DNA of 23,022 nucleotides, from positions 1 to 23,022 of IMG/VR virus record IMGVR_UViG_2671180821_000008; one strand, given 5' to 3'. A program made the translations under genes and the position numbers. Below are positions 1 through 9,834 of the stretch, piece after piece (position 1 is the first letter of the stretch; each line of letters opens with the position of its first letter). The notes below the pieces were generated by a model. That model worked only from the letters and a program-made list of their open reading frames with translations, did not search any database and was not told where the DNA came from. The DNA is from a virus (lineage: Duplodnaviria; Heunggongvirae; Uroviricota; Caudoviricetes).

Positions 1-504
1 TTATTGATAGTGTTTTATGTTCAGATAATGCCCGATGACTTTGTCATGCAGCTCCACCGATTTTGAGAACGACAGCGACTTCCGTCCCAGCCGTGCCAGG
101 TGCTGCCTCAGATTCAGGTTATGCCGCTCAATTCGCTGCGTATATCGCTTGCTGATTACGTGCAGCTTTCCCTTCAGGCGGGATTCATACAGCGGCCAGC
201 CATCCGTCATCCATATCACCACGTCAAAGGGTGACAGCAGGCTCATAAGACGCCCCAGCGTCGCCATAGTGCGTTCACCGAATACGTGCGCAACAACCGT
301 CTTCCGGAGACTGTCATACGCGTAAAACAGCCAGCGCTGGCGCGATTTAGCCCCGACATAGCCCCACTGTTCGTCCATTTCCGCGCAGACGATGACGTCA
401 CTGCCCGGCTGTATGCGCGAGGTTACCGACTGCGGCCTGAGTTTTTTAAGTGACGTAAAATCGTGTTGAGGCCAACGCCCATAATGCGTGCAGTTGCCCG
501 GCAT
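1..504 (-). CDS. insB: IS1 InsB reading frame (transposase catalytic part, expressed as InsAB' by -1 frameshift)
   Basis: 167-aa ORF ...[45 protein letters not shown]... typical of IS1 InsB; stop at 1-3. Confidence 0.88.
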   Translation of the reverse strand: MPGNCTHYGRWPQHDFTSLKKLRPQSVTSRIQPGSDVIVCAEMDEQWGYVGAKSRQRWLFYAYDSLRKTVVAHVFGERTMATLGRLMSLLSPFDVVIWMTDGWPLYESRLKGKLHVISKRYTQRIERHNLNLRQHLARLGRKSLSFSKSVELHDKVIGHYLNIKHYQ

Positions 505-698
505 CCAACGCCATTCATGGCCATATCAATGATTTTCTGGTGCGTACCGGGTTGAGAAGAGGTGTAAGTGAACTGCAGTTGCCATGTTTTACGGCAGTGA
601 GAGCAGAGATAGCGCTGATGTCCGGCAGTGCTTTTGCCGTTACGCACCACCCCGTCAGTAGCTGAACAGGAGGGACAGCTGATAGAAACAGAAGCCAC
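423..698 (-). CDS. insA: IS1 InsA (transposition repressor / N-terminal part of InsAB')
   Basis: 91-aa ORF beginning [24 protein letters not shown]..., zinc-finger CxxC...CxxC plus HTH; recognised IS1 InsA sequence. Confidence 0.9.
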   Translation of the reverse strand: MASVSISCPSCSATDGVVRNGKSTAGHQRYLCSHCRKTWQLQFTYTSSQPGTHQKIIDMAMNGVGCRATARIMGVGLNTILRHLKNSGRSR

Positions 699-768
699 TG
701 GAGCACCTCAAAAACACCATCATACACTAAATCAGTAAGTTGGCAGCATCACCTCATTCGTCTGTTCC

Positions 769-1275
769 TTAAATCTTCCAGGAAATTTCTGCATTGCCGT
801 CAGCATCACCGGCACCTGTGAATTCAGCGTTGGTCAGCACCACGTTTTTGCCACTGACTGACGTGGACATGAATCCACCCAGCGGCACTTTGATGGATTC
901 ATCAGTGGAGACGACAACGTATACCGGATCGCCTTTTTTGATAGTGCTGGCATCAAAATCAGAACCGAGATTAACGGTCACGTAGCCACGCTTCATGGCG
1001 TCGCCCGGGAAGTTCTTGCCTGTTCCCACCTGGCGAACCATGTCCGGCTGCGACGTGGTCGGATAAGGGCGCACGTAGATCCCCTTCACCTTGTCTGCGG
1101 TATCACCATCTGCCAGCGGCACGAAAAAACCGTCATCATCGTATTTACCAGCCAGGCCATAGGCAGCGAAGGCGTTATCGGATTTAAGGACCACCGGTTC
1201 GACGGTTAAGTCCTGCGGGCGAGAGACAGCCCCGGCAATGCCAACAGGCATCCGGTACAGAAATACATTATTCAT
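769..1275 (-). CDS. phage head-associated structural protein of unknown role (possible decoration/scaffold protein)
   Basis: 168-aa ORF directly downstream of the protease/scaffold-like gene in the same operon (3-nt spacing, AAGGG SD); stop lies 16 bp from the IS1 end. Function inferred from position only. Confidence 0.45.
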   Translation of the reverse strand: MNNVFLYRMPVGIAGAVSRPQDLTVEPVVLKSDNAFAAYGLAGKYDDDGFFVPLADGDTADKVKGIYVRPYPTTSQPDMVRQVGTGKNFPGDAMKRGYVTVNLGSDFDASTIKKGDPVYVVVSTDESIKVPLGGFMSTSVSGKNVVLTNAEFTGAGDADGNAEISWKI

Positions 1276-1278
1276 TTT

Positions 1279-2499
1279 TTACCCTTTACGGTTTGCCCAG
1301 AATTCAGCGTTTTGTTTGTTCAGGGAAGCGATACTGGTCATGCCCATGTTTAGGCGCTGTGCATCGCCGGTGGTGGCGCGGGTGTTTCGCCCTTTGGCAA
1401 CCTCAGACACGGCATTAAACGCCATGTCGACCGATTGTTTCGGTAATTTGCGGATATCCGCATCACCGACTATCTGGCGAACCAGCGTTTTGTCAGCAGA
1501 AGCCAGAACCTCGCGTTTGAACGCGGTCGGTTTCATCTTACGGCTCAGATCGATACCCGGAACGATAACTTCGGCACGCCAGGCTGAGTCACCAGTAATC
1601 GTGGTTTCCTCTTCATCGTCCTCGCCGTCACCGGTCGGATTATCGTCAGGCTTATTATCGTTATCGCCCGTGGCATTTCTTTCCAGCTTAGCCAGCAGGG
1701 CTTTCAGTAATGTTTTGAGGTCATCATCACTGTCGCCGGTTGGATCTCCGCCCATCTCTGGTGCTTTGTCCGGTAGTGGTTGCTGCGGGGACAGGTTGAT
1801 GTTGAGATTAACGCCCTGCGGCAAATCCCCCTCATCTCCTGTAACCGATGCGGGAGCCGACTCCACCAGTTCGTTCATGGTGTCGGCATCTCCTGTCTTG
1901 ATGGCCGCACGCATGCGGTTCCACCAGTTTTTCTTTTGATTTGCCATTGTGTCTCTGTCTCCAATTGCACAACGATTTCCGGCTCTGCCTTTAGGGACAA
2001 GAGCCACATGGTTTCCGGTAATATCGACCTGCTCGGCTTTACCTGGCTCGGTCTGCTCGTACTCCGCGTCATAGCCGCACGACACTTCGCGCAGGCCATC
2101 TTCGATAAGCTGAATGGCGCTTTCGTCTTTGACGATAAGGTCAGCCAGCATCAAATCAGACTGCTCACCCGTCCCGCGCCGGACATTCTGGAGGTGCCCG
2201 ACAGCAAGCTCTTTCCAGTTCTCGGGATTTACCAGCCGCACATTCCCGTTTTCATCTTCAGGATGCAGGATCGTGATGCTCATCCCTTCGAATGAGGCAA
2301 GCGTGGCCGGATGGAATACCTGCTCAGGAGAACGCGTGACGACTATTTCACCGAACTTATCGGGTTTCAGTTTTGGCAGGTCATCAGCACCATAGAGCTG
2401 CTTACCTGTTCGTCCTATCGGCACGTCTTTGCACAGCAACGAGCCGTCAGCCAGGCGGTATCGGGTTTCCCCGAGCCTGGTCTCAAAAAAGTATTTCAT
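1279..2499 (-). CDS. putative prohead protease / scaffolding-like protein (DUF2213-like, from memory)
   Basis: 406-aa ORF with a long acidic low-complexity linker (…DSDDDLKTLL…GDGEDDEEETT…) typical of scaffold proteins; lies between the Mu F-like head gene and a structural gene. Confidence 0.5.
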   Translation of the reverse strand: MKYFFETRLGETRYRLADGSLLCKDVPIGRTGKQLYGADDLPKLKPDKFGEIVVTRSPEQVFHPATLASFEGMSITILHPEDENGNVRLVNPENWKELAVGHLQNVRRGTGEQSDLMLADLIVKDESAIQLIEDGLREVSCGYDAEYEQTEPGKAEQVDITGNHVALVPKGRAGNRCAIGDRDTMANQKKNWWNRMRAAIKTGDADTMNELVESAPASVTGDEGDLPQGVNLNINLSPQQPLPDKAPEMGGDPTGDSDDDLKTLLKALLAKLERNATGDNDNKPDDNPTGDGEDDEEETTITGDSAWRAEVIVPGIDLSRKMKPTAFKREVLASADKTLVRQIVGDADIRKLPKQSVDMAFNAVSEVAKGRNTRATTGDAQRLNMGMTSIASLNKQNAEFWANRKG

Positions 2500-2502
2500 G
2501 GG

Positions 2503-3285
2503 TTATGCTGCCCTTTTCATTGCGAATGGAACGCGAACAAACACGATCTCTTTATAGCAGCGGCAGTTTGGCAGCTCGCCCGCGTGGCCGGTCATGCCGT
2601 CCAAAGTTGGAGGTGAATCCCAGCGGACGAATTTACCTTTCATGTGATCGTGGGAATCTCGGACATCGCCATCATCGGCTGTACGCCAAATATAACCATC
2701 CGAGCCAATAGCTATCGCTCGGGCCATATCCAGCGCGCCCGTTGCTCTTCCCAGTTCCGTTCGGGCAATCAGATCGGCCCTAGACTTAGCAACATCGCCG
2801 GTAGATGCAATCTCTTTAGCAAACTGCTCCGCCCGACCACCGGTGACAACAGCCTCTATCGCTTTGTTCTGGATGTCGTACACCCTGTCTGCGGCCTCGA
2901 GAGGCAGAGATTTGATGTACTTGACCTGTTCGGCGATGATGGATTGCATCACCTGGCCCACAGGAGCGCTTTCCACAAGATTGCGGAGCTCGCGACTGAT
3001 GTTCTTGCTGTGTTGCCGCCAAACTTTCTCGTTCTGCCGGGTTAGGTCCGCAGTAAAGTTTTCCGCGACCTTTGTCGCCCAGGGGGTGATGATTTCACTG
3101 TAACGCTCCAGCGCCGCAATAATTTCCGTGATACTGTCATTTGAACCATCGTAGCGACCATTTACGATGTCTCCGACCGCCCTCGCTATCCTGCGTAGGC
3201 TGGTTCGATACCGGATTTCCGCCTGACGGCTCCTGCGGTTCGTCATCAGGTTCGCCGATGCCGGGCGGCGCTTCATCTTCGGCAT
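2503..3285 (-). CDS. phage head morphogenesis protein (Mu F / SPP1 gp7 family)
   Basis: 260-aa ORF immediately after the portal gene; C-terminal ...DSHDHMKGKFVRWDSPP...NCRC motif region resembles Mu F-like minor head proteins. ORF start overlaps the portal 3' end by 149 nt, so the true start may be internal. Confidence 0.6.
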   Translation of the reverse strand: MPKMKRRPASANLMTNRRSRQAEIRYRTSLRRIARAVGDIVNGRYDGSNDSITEIIAALERYSEIITPWATKVAENFTADLTRQNEKVWRQHSKNISRELRNLVESAPVGQVMQSIIAEQVKYIKSLPLEAADRVYDIQNKAIEAVVTGGRAEQFAKEIASTGDVAKSRADLIARTELGRATGALDMARAIAIGSDGYIWRTADDGDVRDSHDHMKGKFVRWDSPPTLDGMTGHAGELPNCRCYKEIVFVRVPFAMKRAA

Positions 3286-4603
3286 TCTCGATGTCCTCGT
3301 CGGTAATGGATGCCCCGATGCCGGTTACGTCAGAATTTTCTCGCAAATCAGTCATAGCGGCTTTCAGTGTCATCAGACCATCACCCAGCGCCGTACTGAT
3401 TGCGTTGGTGGTGTTTAACGCCACCGTTGAGCGATCGACATCAGACATTTGCCAGAGCGGGTTAAACTCAAACGTGAAATCGTCCGGCAGCGGCTTGCCA
3501 AGTTCCGAACGATGCATGATGTCCAGTATCCGCCGCACCGGAAGACGTAAACGCCTCTCCTGCAACGAACTGATGCGATCGTAATAGTTGGCAAGGTCTG
3601 CATCACCGGTAGAAAATCCTTTCGGGGACTGTCCGAACAACCGCACCAGTGGGATACCAACAGCGCCACTAATCTGTTCTACAAACTGCGAAAGGATGTC
3701 ATCCAGACCACTGAAGCTGTACTGATGGGTTTCAAACTTATCCCGCGAGTCCATGAGCGTCATGCCTTCATTACTCTGGAACTGTCGAATCAGGTCGATA
3801 TTCTTCAGCAACGCTTCATACGCAGGACCACCAAGTGCGATAAGCTCGCGTAGCTTCTCCACGCTGTAGGTACGCAAATGCGCCTTGTAGACCAGCTGCG
3901 CCGCGCCGACAGTAGCGCTGTCGAACGCGGTAAGACGATCCCAGATACGCTCTACAACCGACATTCCCCATTCGTTCTCGGTCATCTTCTGCTGAAATGG
4001 CAACGTGACGCCATCAAAGCGAATCAGGCGACTGTGATGAATGCGCCAGGCAGGAATTCCCGTTGCTGTGGTCACCACATCGTAAAACTCAGGTTTACCC
4101 AGGTCCGGCCCCATATCTTTAATGCGGCGGGTCAGTGCCGGGTCGACCATCCAGCGGTCGAGCGGGAGAATCCCCTTAAACTTGCCCTTACCGATGGTTT
4201 CGGGTCGCAGCGGGGTCATTGGTGCCTACCCCTCAATCATGATGAAACCCACCGCGCCGCCGTAGAGGCGCGACCATTTCAGCACGTCATTCAGCGCATC
4301 CCAGATTTGCAACTCATCCAGTTGTGATTCGAGAATGCCACGATCTTTTGCATCAATTTCCGAAGTGATGCGAATGCCTTTGCGGGTCATATCATCCGGG
4401 ATAGCATCGACTGCTTCGCCGATGATCTAGGATGAACGATAGGACCATTCCACCAGCATGCGGTTACGACTGGTGAAATTAGCCCGGTAGGTGGATGCTG
4501 AGTGCTGGTTAGGTGTCTGCATCCCTACGCGGGCAATAAAATTCTCATAACCATCAGCTGTGGCCTGCACAGTTCGCCGCAGGGCTTGTTTGTTTCGTGC
4601 CAT
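3137..4603 (-). pseudogene. portal protein gene interrupted by two in-frame amber codons (intact C-terminal ORF 3137..4219)
   Basis: ATG at 4603..4601 overlaps the large-terminase stop (ATGA). The frame stays open and protein-like (MARNKQALRR...EWSYRSS * IIGEAVDAIPDDMTRKGIRITSEI...GFIMIEG * APMTPLRPE...) apart from TAG at 4429..4427 and TAG at 4228..4226; no frameshift. Position between terminase and Mu F-like gene indicates portal. Confidence 0.65.
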
Positions 4604-6114
4604 CAGGCCTGTCTCCCCAGCTGTTCCCAGATATCCAGCGATGTATCGATTGGCGCGAAGGCCATAATGAATGCATCAGCAACGTTTGGTGACGGTATCT
4701 CGCGTTTTGCGAGGTCTTTTTTACTTTCGACCATCACACGTCCGTTACGGTCGAAATCACGATGAGGTGTTGTCAGTTCCAGTTTCAGCTTTTCAAGCAA
4801 CGGACAACGAGAATCTATGCTGATCAGCTCATCCACAGGATACTGTTCTCCGTTGTTAATGGCGTTAAACGTATTTCTGAAACGGTCAGCCACCAGCCAC
4901 CATGCCTGAGCCTTAAGATTTGCGAAAAAGTCTTTGTTGGGGATGCCGTTGTACTCGTCATCTGGCTCATGCACACCAGCACCGGCGTTAAACCTCTGGT
5001 AATTCACACGTCGCGCGTATGCGTTCTCGCTCTTCCGGTCAGCGTTAATTTCAGAGAATTTAGCACCGGCAGACGCACCAACACCGATAGAGTCGTAAAC
5101 AATATCTGCTTCACGCTCCAGCGCCGCCTGATAAGTACGCTGGCAGCTCTTCAGTAATTCATCTTCTTTGGCCTTCCATTCGTCGGCCCAGAAAACAACG
5201 GATCCGTGACGGTAAACGTTAGCGCACTTATCTGTACCACTGTCAGCCACGTCAAAGCCAATACGCTTTCTTCCACTGGGTTCGAAATTTAACGTTTTGT
5301 GCGCATCCACTGCGGCTTCTATCCAAGACAGTTTGATGATTGCCGCATCATCATCAGACTCCGGAACGCCCTCATACACATGTTTAAAACCATCCGGATC
5401 ACGGCGTCGCGCCGCGTCGATAACCTTAAGCATGGTGTCAGACAGAAACGGATTTTCGTCATAGTTAATTTTGCGGATGAGAGTGCCTTCGGGCGGATCA
5501 ACAACGAAGTTGCGCCAGACGAAATCAGTAACAAGTCCGGGGTTGAATATGAACCAGCATTCCGAACCCTCTTTACGGATCGTTGGCTCCAGAATTTTCC
5601 ACTGGTATTCCGTCAGTGCGTGGGCTTCTTCCAGCCACAACACATCGATCCCCTCCAGTGACTTAATTTCTTCGATGTTGCGCCATAATCCATAAAAAAC
5701 AAATTCCGAGCCAGTAACCCGGTTAATGATTTTGTTGTTCAGAATACGGAAACGGTGCCGCAGACCAAACCTGTCTATCTGAATTTTGAGCAGGGTATAC
5801 ACCGACTCTTCGATTTTATTCTGGATCTGACGGGCACAACAAAAACGCAGGGTGTATTTATTCGACAGAAATATGGCAATGCCAGCGGCATCCCATGATT
5901 TTGACGATGACCGACCACCATAAAGCACTTTGTTACGTGCCCGCATAGTCCAGAAACTACGTAAAGCCGGATTCAGCGTCGGTTTGGATGTCAGAGTAGA
6001 AGTCATTGAGGTCACGCTCTCCATTGCCATCATCAATACCTGCATCACGGCGAAGACGATCAGCCTCCAGAGACACCTTATCAGTGGCGGCCTTGCGGTA
6101 GGCTGTATCAGCAA
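4603..6114 (-). CDS. terminase large subunit (PBSX/Terminase_3-like, headful-type)
   Basis: 503-aa ORF with ...RARNKVLYGGRSSSKSWDAAG... (deviant Walker A) and a nuclease-like C-terminal half. ORF start overlaps the small terminase gene by 158 nt; internal ATGs at 6033 (AGGT SD) or 6006 are more likely true starts. Confidence 0.85.
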   Translation of the reverse strand: MLIQPTARPPLIRCLWRLIVFAVMQVLMMAMESVTSMTSTLTSKPTLNPALRSFWTMRARNKVLYGGRSSSKSWDAAGIAIFLSNKYTLRFCCARQIQNKIEESVYTLLKIQIDRFGLRHRFRILNNKIINRVTGSEFVFYGLWRNIEEIKSLEGIDVLWLEEAHALTEYQWKILEPTIRKEGSECWFIFNPGLVTDFVWRNFVVDPPEGTLIRKINYDENPFLSDTMLKVIDAARRRDPDGFKHVYEGVPESDDDAAIIKLSWIEAAVDAHKTLNFEPSGRKRIGFDVADSGTDKCANVYRHGSVVFWADEWKAKEDELLKSCQRTYQAALEREADIVYDSIGVGASAGAKFSEINADRKSENAYARRVNYQRFNAGAGVHEPDDEYNGIPNKDFFANLKAQAWWLVADRFRNTFNAINNGEQYPVDELISIDSRCPLLEKLKLELTTPHRDFDRNGRVMVESKKDLAKREIPSPNVADAFIMAFAPIDTSLDIWEQLGRQA

Positions 6115-6721
6115 ATATTTTTCCTACCGTCGCAAGCGTGCCAACGATGGACTCAATACGAACTGTATTGCGCATCATTGCTTTCTCGGCGGCGCTGATA
6201 TTTTCAATCAGCATCTTCCTTTCCTGGTCCCCATTAGCATCTTCCAGCGACACCAACCACCGACCAATATTCTCTGCAGCGACAAGGTTGTTAGCACGAA
6301 GGCGAAATAATTCGTCCTCGAGCGTCAACGCTTTAGCGTCCTCTATCACCTCATCTTTGAGCAGAAGGCGACGGGCATAACCACCGTGTTTTAATGCCTG
6401 CTGGTTACCGGGTTGGAATGGGTTAGTCGGGGGATCGGTACGCATTCCGCGTATCGGTTTCGTATCCGGTGTAGATTCTGTTTTTAGTTGCGTACTTTTT
6501 TGTGTAAGGCCAGTAATGGCAGGCTTTCTGCTGGTACGCACTTTCCTTTTTTGCGTACCATTTTTGCAAACCTGCGTACCGCCACTGCGTGCCCAACCAA
6601 GCTTTTTGGCCCTCTTCCTGATAGCCCCTTCTGTAACGCCGTATTTCTCGCCTATATCACGGAGGCTAAGGACTCCGGCCCGGTATGCCGATTCGATGGC
6701 CTCCCAGTCCGGTTTTGCCAT
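5957..6721 (-). CDS. terminase small subunit
   Basis: 254-aa ORF directly upstream of the large terminase; N-terminal HTH-like segment (LSLRDIGEKYGVTEGAIRKRAKKLGW) and basic region; TAG stop. Confidence 0.6.
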   Translation of the reverse strand: MAKPDWEAIESAYRAGVLSLRDIGEKYGVTEGAIRKRAKKLGWARSGGTQVCKNGTQKRKVRTSRKPAITGLTQKSTQLKTESTPDTKPIRGMRTDPPTNPFQPGNQQALKHGGYARRLLLKDEVIEDAKALTLEDELFRLRANNLVAAENIGRWLVSLEDANGDQERKMLIENISAAEKAMMRNTVRIESIVGTLATVGKIFADTAYRKAATDKVSLEADRLRRDAGIDDGNGERDLNDFYSDIQTDAESGFT

Positions 6722-6918
6722 GATTATGCTTCCTGTGATTTACTGTTATCGCTGCCTGTCACAATAGGTTGCTTTAATTCTTCCTCATCACTCACTCCTG
6801 CGACGCTCCGTGGCAGGGCCCCCCACAGGAGTACCTTGTAAATGTAAGGTGTTTAAGCCTAAATTAAGTCGTATCACGGTTAAATAGCAAAGAAAAATTC
6901 ACAGAAGGAAAGACATTG

Positions 6919-7428
6919 ATGGAGTGGATAAATGCTTTGATGAACTATTTTGTACTTCATCCATATCGCCTATGGGGGCTTCTTTTTATAATAGCGTTCA
7001 CAAAATCCACTTTACTCATTTCGGCGATATTGCCACCAGCATCAATTATGATGGCCACTGTAATTACAGTCAGCAAGACGACTCTTTCACCATGGGAAGC
7101 TGGAATCACGGTCATGAGTGGCGCATGGTGCGGTACTATCGTTAATTACCATCTTGGTATAATAATTGGGCATATCCCTCAACTTGCATGTATAATATCA
7201 AGCCGTTCCAATACAATAGAACGGGTTCGCCTTCAGTTGCAAAATAACTCTGTGTCAATACTTTTCACTTCGCGCTTTATCGCCGTGCTGCGTTATATTG
7301 CTCCTTTGGTGGCAGGAATGTTGCAACTTCATCCAGTGAAAGTGTATACAGTGAGTCTGATTTCAGCTGCTAGCTGGTCAGCACTTTATGTTGGTAGTTT
7401 TAGCTTCGTGTTGCCTTTTTTTAGCTAA
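6919..7428 (+). CDS. YqaA/DedA-superfamily-like inner membrane protein (phage moron)
   Basis: About 169 aa, multi-pass hydrophobic; motifs ...SGAWCGTIVNYHLGIIIGH... and ...FTSRFIAVLRYIAPLVAGMLQL... follow the pattern I recall for E. coli YqaA. GAAGGAAAG SD 8 nt before ATG 6919. Opposite strand to the flanking phage genes, in a visibly AT-rich segment. Confidence 0.5.
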   Translation: MEWINALMNYFVLHPYRLWGLLFIIAFTKSTLLISAILPPASIMMATVITVSKTTLSPWEAGITVMSGAWCGTIVNYHLGIIIGHIPQLACIISSRSNTIERVRLQLQNNSVSILFTSRFIAVLRYIAPLVAGMLQLHPVKVYTVSLISAASWSALYVGSFSFVLPFFS

Positions 7429-7516
7429 ACTGCCCATAAAAAGCTCTTGCGAATCCAGCTTCCCCCATTCCTCTGACAACAGAATCTGATTTGAAGGATA
7501 ATGAGTAAAATTACCG

Positions 7517-7987
7517 CTACCCCCCAAGGCATTGGATCCTGATGTACTCCTGAAGCATTCTCAATGCTGTCTGGTCGCTGATGATTCCGTCCCGGATACC
7601 GAGAACGTTTCGTCCAGCAACTGGAGAGAGTTCGACGGTGGCATCATTGCCCATGCCGGAGGCGCTGGAGGTTTCGGCTGAGGATGGCACAGGGCATTTT
7701 CCTTTGACGAGCACCCGACCACCATTATCAAGCTTGCGCCGAAGAGCATCATTTTCAGCTTTCGCATCAGCTAACTCCTTCGTGTATTTAGCATCGAGTG
7801 CATCAGCATCACGCTGGCGCTGCTGCATGTCAGTAATGGTTGCGTTCGCCAGCTTCAGTTCTCTTGCGTTTTTGTCGCGCTGCTCTTTGTAGGTAATGGC
7901 GTTATCACGGTAATGATTAACAGCCCATGACAGGCGGACGATGATGCAGATAACCAGAGCGGAGATAATCGCGGTGACTCTGCTCAT
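7517..7987 (-). CDS. Rz: Rz i-spanin
   Basis: [49 protein letters not shown]... closely matches lambda Rz N-terminus; ATG overlaps the endolysin stop (ATGA). Confidence 0.85.
   Translation of the reverse strand: MSRVTAIISALVICIIVRLSWAVNHYRDNAITYKEQRDKNARELKLANATITDMQQRQRDADALDAKYTKELADAKAENDALRRKLDNGGRVLVKGKCPVPSSAETSSASGMGNDATVELSPVAGRNVLGIRDGIISDQTALRMLQEYIRIQCLGG
7561..7767 (-). CDS. Rz1: Rz1 o-spanin lipoprotein, embedded in the +1 frame of Rz
   Basis: [21 protein letters not shown]... with lipobox VVGC and proline-rich segment [11 protein letters not shown], like lambda Rz1. Confidence 0.75.
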   Translation of the reverse strand: MRKLKMMLFGASLIMVVGCSSKENALCHPQPKPPAPPAWAMMPPSNSLQLLDETFSVSGTESSATRQH

Positions 7988-8481
7988 TGCTGCCCCCACA
8001 AACAGACTTCACGCTCAATCTCACGACGGGTCATCAGCCCTTTCCATTGCTTACCGCCAGCATATGTCCAGCGACATAGCTGGTCACATGCGCCTTTGAT
8101 ATAGCCCTGGTTTATTTTGCGAAGAAGCGTCGATGTTCTGAAATTGCCAGCGCCCACGTTGTAAACGAACGAGTAAAGAGCGCCGCGCGTTGTTTCCGGT
8201 ATATCGACTTTGATGTACGGGTTAATTTGTCTGGCGACAGTGGCAAGGTCTTTATTCAGGAGAGCTTTGCATTCTGCTTCGGTATACGTTTTACCAGGCA
8301 TGATGTCTTTTCCGGTGTGTCCGTGACATACAGTCCATACACCAATGATATCTTTGTATAGTATGTAGCTGACACCTTCCAGACCATCGTTACCACCTGG
8401 GCCAGTGATTAACACAGATGCTATAGCAACAGCCCCGCCACCAATAGCAACTGCAACAGCCTTGCGTAATGATGGCGACAT
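7984..8481 (-). CDS. R: SAR endolysin (phage 21 R-type lysozyme)
   Basis: 165-aa [42 protein letters not shown]... with N-terminal signal-anchor-release segment and lysozyme core; near-identical to phage 21 R as recalled. Confidence 0.9.
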   Translation of the reverse strand: MSPSLRKAVAVAIGGGAVAIASVLITGPGGNDGLEGVSYILYKDIIGVWTVCHGHTGKDIMPGKTYTEAECKALLNKDLATVARQINPYIKVDIPETTRGALYSFVYNVGAGNFRTSTLLRKINQGYIKGACDQLCRWTYAGGKQWKGLMTRREIEREVCLWGQQ

Positions 8482-8594
8482 TATTCACCTCTCGCAGCCT
8501 TACTAGACTGGCCCCCTGAATCTCCAGACAACCAGTATCACTTAAATAAGTGATAGTCTTAATACTAGTTTTTAGACTAGTCATTGGAGTACAG

Positions 8595-8960
8595 ATGATT
8601 GATGTCTTAGGGCCGGAGAAACGCAGACGGCGTACCACACAGGAAAAGATCGCAATTGTTCAGCAGAGCTTTGAACCGGGGATGACGGTCTCCCTCGTTG
8701 CCCGGCAACATGGTGTAGCAGCCAGCCAGTTATTTCTCTGGCGTAAGCAATACCAGGAAGGAAGTCTTACTGCTGTGGCCGCCGGAGAACAGGTTGTTCC
8801 TGCCTCTGAACTTGCTGCCGCCATGAAGCAGATTAAAGAACTCCAGCGCCTGCTCGGCAAGAAAACGATGGAAAATGAACTCCTCAAAGAAGCCGTTGAA
8901 TATGGACGGGCAAAAAAGTGGATAGCGCACGCGCCCTTATTGCCCGGGGATGGGGAGTAA
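8595..8960 (+). CDS. insC: IS2 OrfA (InsC)
   Basis: [56 protein letters not shown]...; recognised IS2 InsC. Confidence 0.88.
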
Positions 8961-9823
8961 GCTTAGTCAGCCGTTGTCTCCGGGTGTCGCGTGCGCAGTT
9001 GCACGTCATTCTCAGACGAACCGATGACTGGATGGATGGCCGCCGCAGTCGTCACACTGATGATACGGATGTGCTTCTCCGTATACACCATGTTATCGGA
9101 GAGCTGCCCACGTATGGTTATCGTCGGGTATGGGCGCTGCTTCGCAGACAGGCAGAACTTGATGGTATGCCTGCGATCAATGCCAAACGTGTTTACCGGA
9201 TCATGCGCCAGAATGCGCTGTTGCTTGAGCGAAAACCTGCTGTACCGCCATCGAAACGGGCACATACAGGCAGAGTGGCCGTGAAAGAAAGCAATCAGCG
9301 ATGGTGCTCTGACGGGTTCGAGTTCTGCTGTGATAACGGAGAGAGACTGCGTGTCACGTTCGCGCTGGACTGCTGTGATCGTGAGGCACTGCACTGGGCG
9401 GTGACTACCGGCGGCTTCAACAGTGAAACAGTACAGGACGTCATGCTGGGAGCGGTGGAACGCCGCTTCGGCAACGATCTTCCGTCGTCTCCAGTGGAGT
9501 GGCTGACGGATAATGGTTCATGCTACCGGGCTAATGAAACACGCCAGTTCGCCCGGATGTTGGGACTTGAACCGAAGAACACGGCGGTGCGGAGTCCGGA
9601 GAGTAACGGAATAGCAGAGAGCTTCGTGAAAACGATAAAGCGTGACTACATCAGTATCATGCCCAAACCAGACGGGTTAACGGCAGCAAAGAACCTTGCA
9701 GAGGCGTTCGAGCATTATAACGAATGGCATCCGCATAGTGCGCTGGGTTATCGCTCGCCACGGGAATATCTGCGGCAGCGGGCTTGTAATGGGTTAAGTG
9801 ATAACAGATGTCTGGAAATATAG
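8918..9823 (+). CDS. insD: IS2 OrfB (InsD) transposase catalytic domain
   Basis: 301-aa ORF with DDE-type integrase fold (…WCSDGFEF…DNGSCY…) overlapping insC in the -1 frame. Confidence 0.88.
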
Positions 9824-9834
9824 GGGCAAATCCA

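Larger units (their letters stand above)
1..753 (-). mobile_element. IS1 insertion sequence, running off the left window edge by about 15 bp
   Basis: InsA and InsB reading frames in the canonical overlapping arrangement; terminal sequence ...GGCAGCATCACC ends at 753; A6C slippery motif (forward TTTTTTAAG around 444-452) at the insA/insB overlap. The 753 bp present fit the known 768-bp element. Confidence 0.9.
8504..9834 (+). mobile_element. IS2 (IS3 family), complete 1331 bp
   Basis: Ends TAGACTGGCCCCCTGAATCTCCAGACAACC... and ...GGGTTAAGTGATAACAGATGTCTGGAAATATAGGGGCAAATCCA; flanked by a 5-bp direct duplication CTTAC (8499-8503 and 9835-9839); A6G slippery motif near 8912. Confidence 0.92.

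Noticed and set aside
1238-1939. 233-aa plus-strand ORF antisense to the protease/scaffold-like gene
   Set aside because: Serine/proline-rich low-complexity translation without start-site signals; it is the mirror of the acidic linker of the real minus-strand gene.
2503-3285. 149-nt overlap between the head morphogenesis ORF and the portal 3' end as a possible programmed frameshift
   Set aside because: No slippery heptamer at the overlap; more likely the head-protein start is an internal ATG or the overlap is a simple out-of-frame gene overlap.
3878-4327. 149-aa plus-strand ORF inside the portal gene
   Set aside because: Antisense to the portal frame; no independent support.
6488-6841. Plus-strand ORFs (117 and 83 aa) overlapping the small terminase gene
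   Set aside because: Antisense to a convincing gene; no SD; proline/cysteine-rich composition.
8390-8638. 82-aa minus-strand ORF spanning the endolysin start and the IS2 end
   Set aside because: Runs across the IS2 boundary in a frame unrelated to either R or S; cysteine-rich junk translation.
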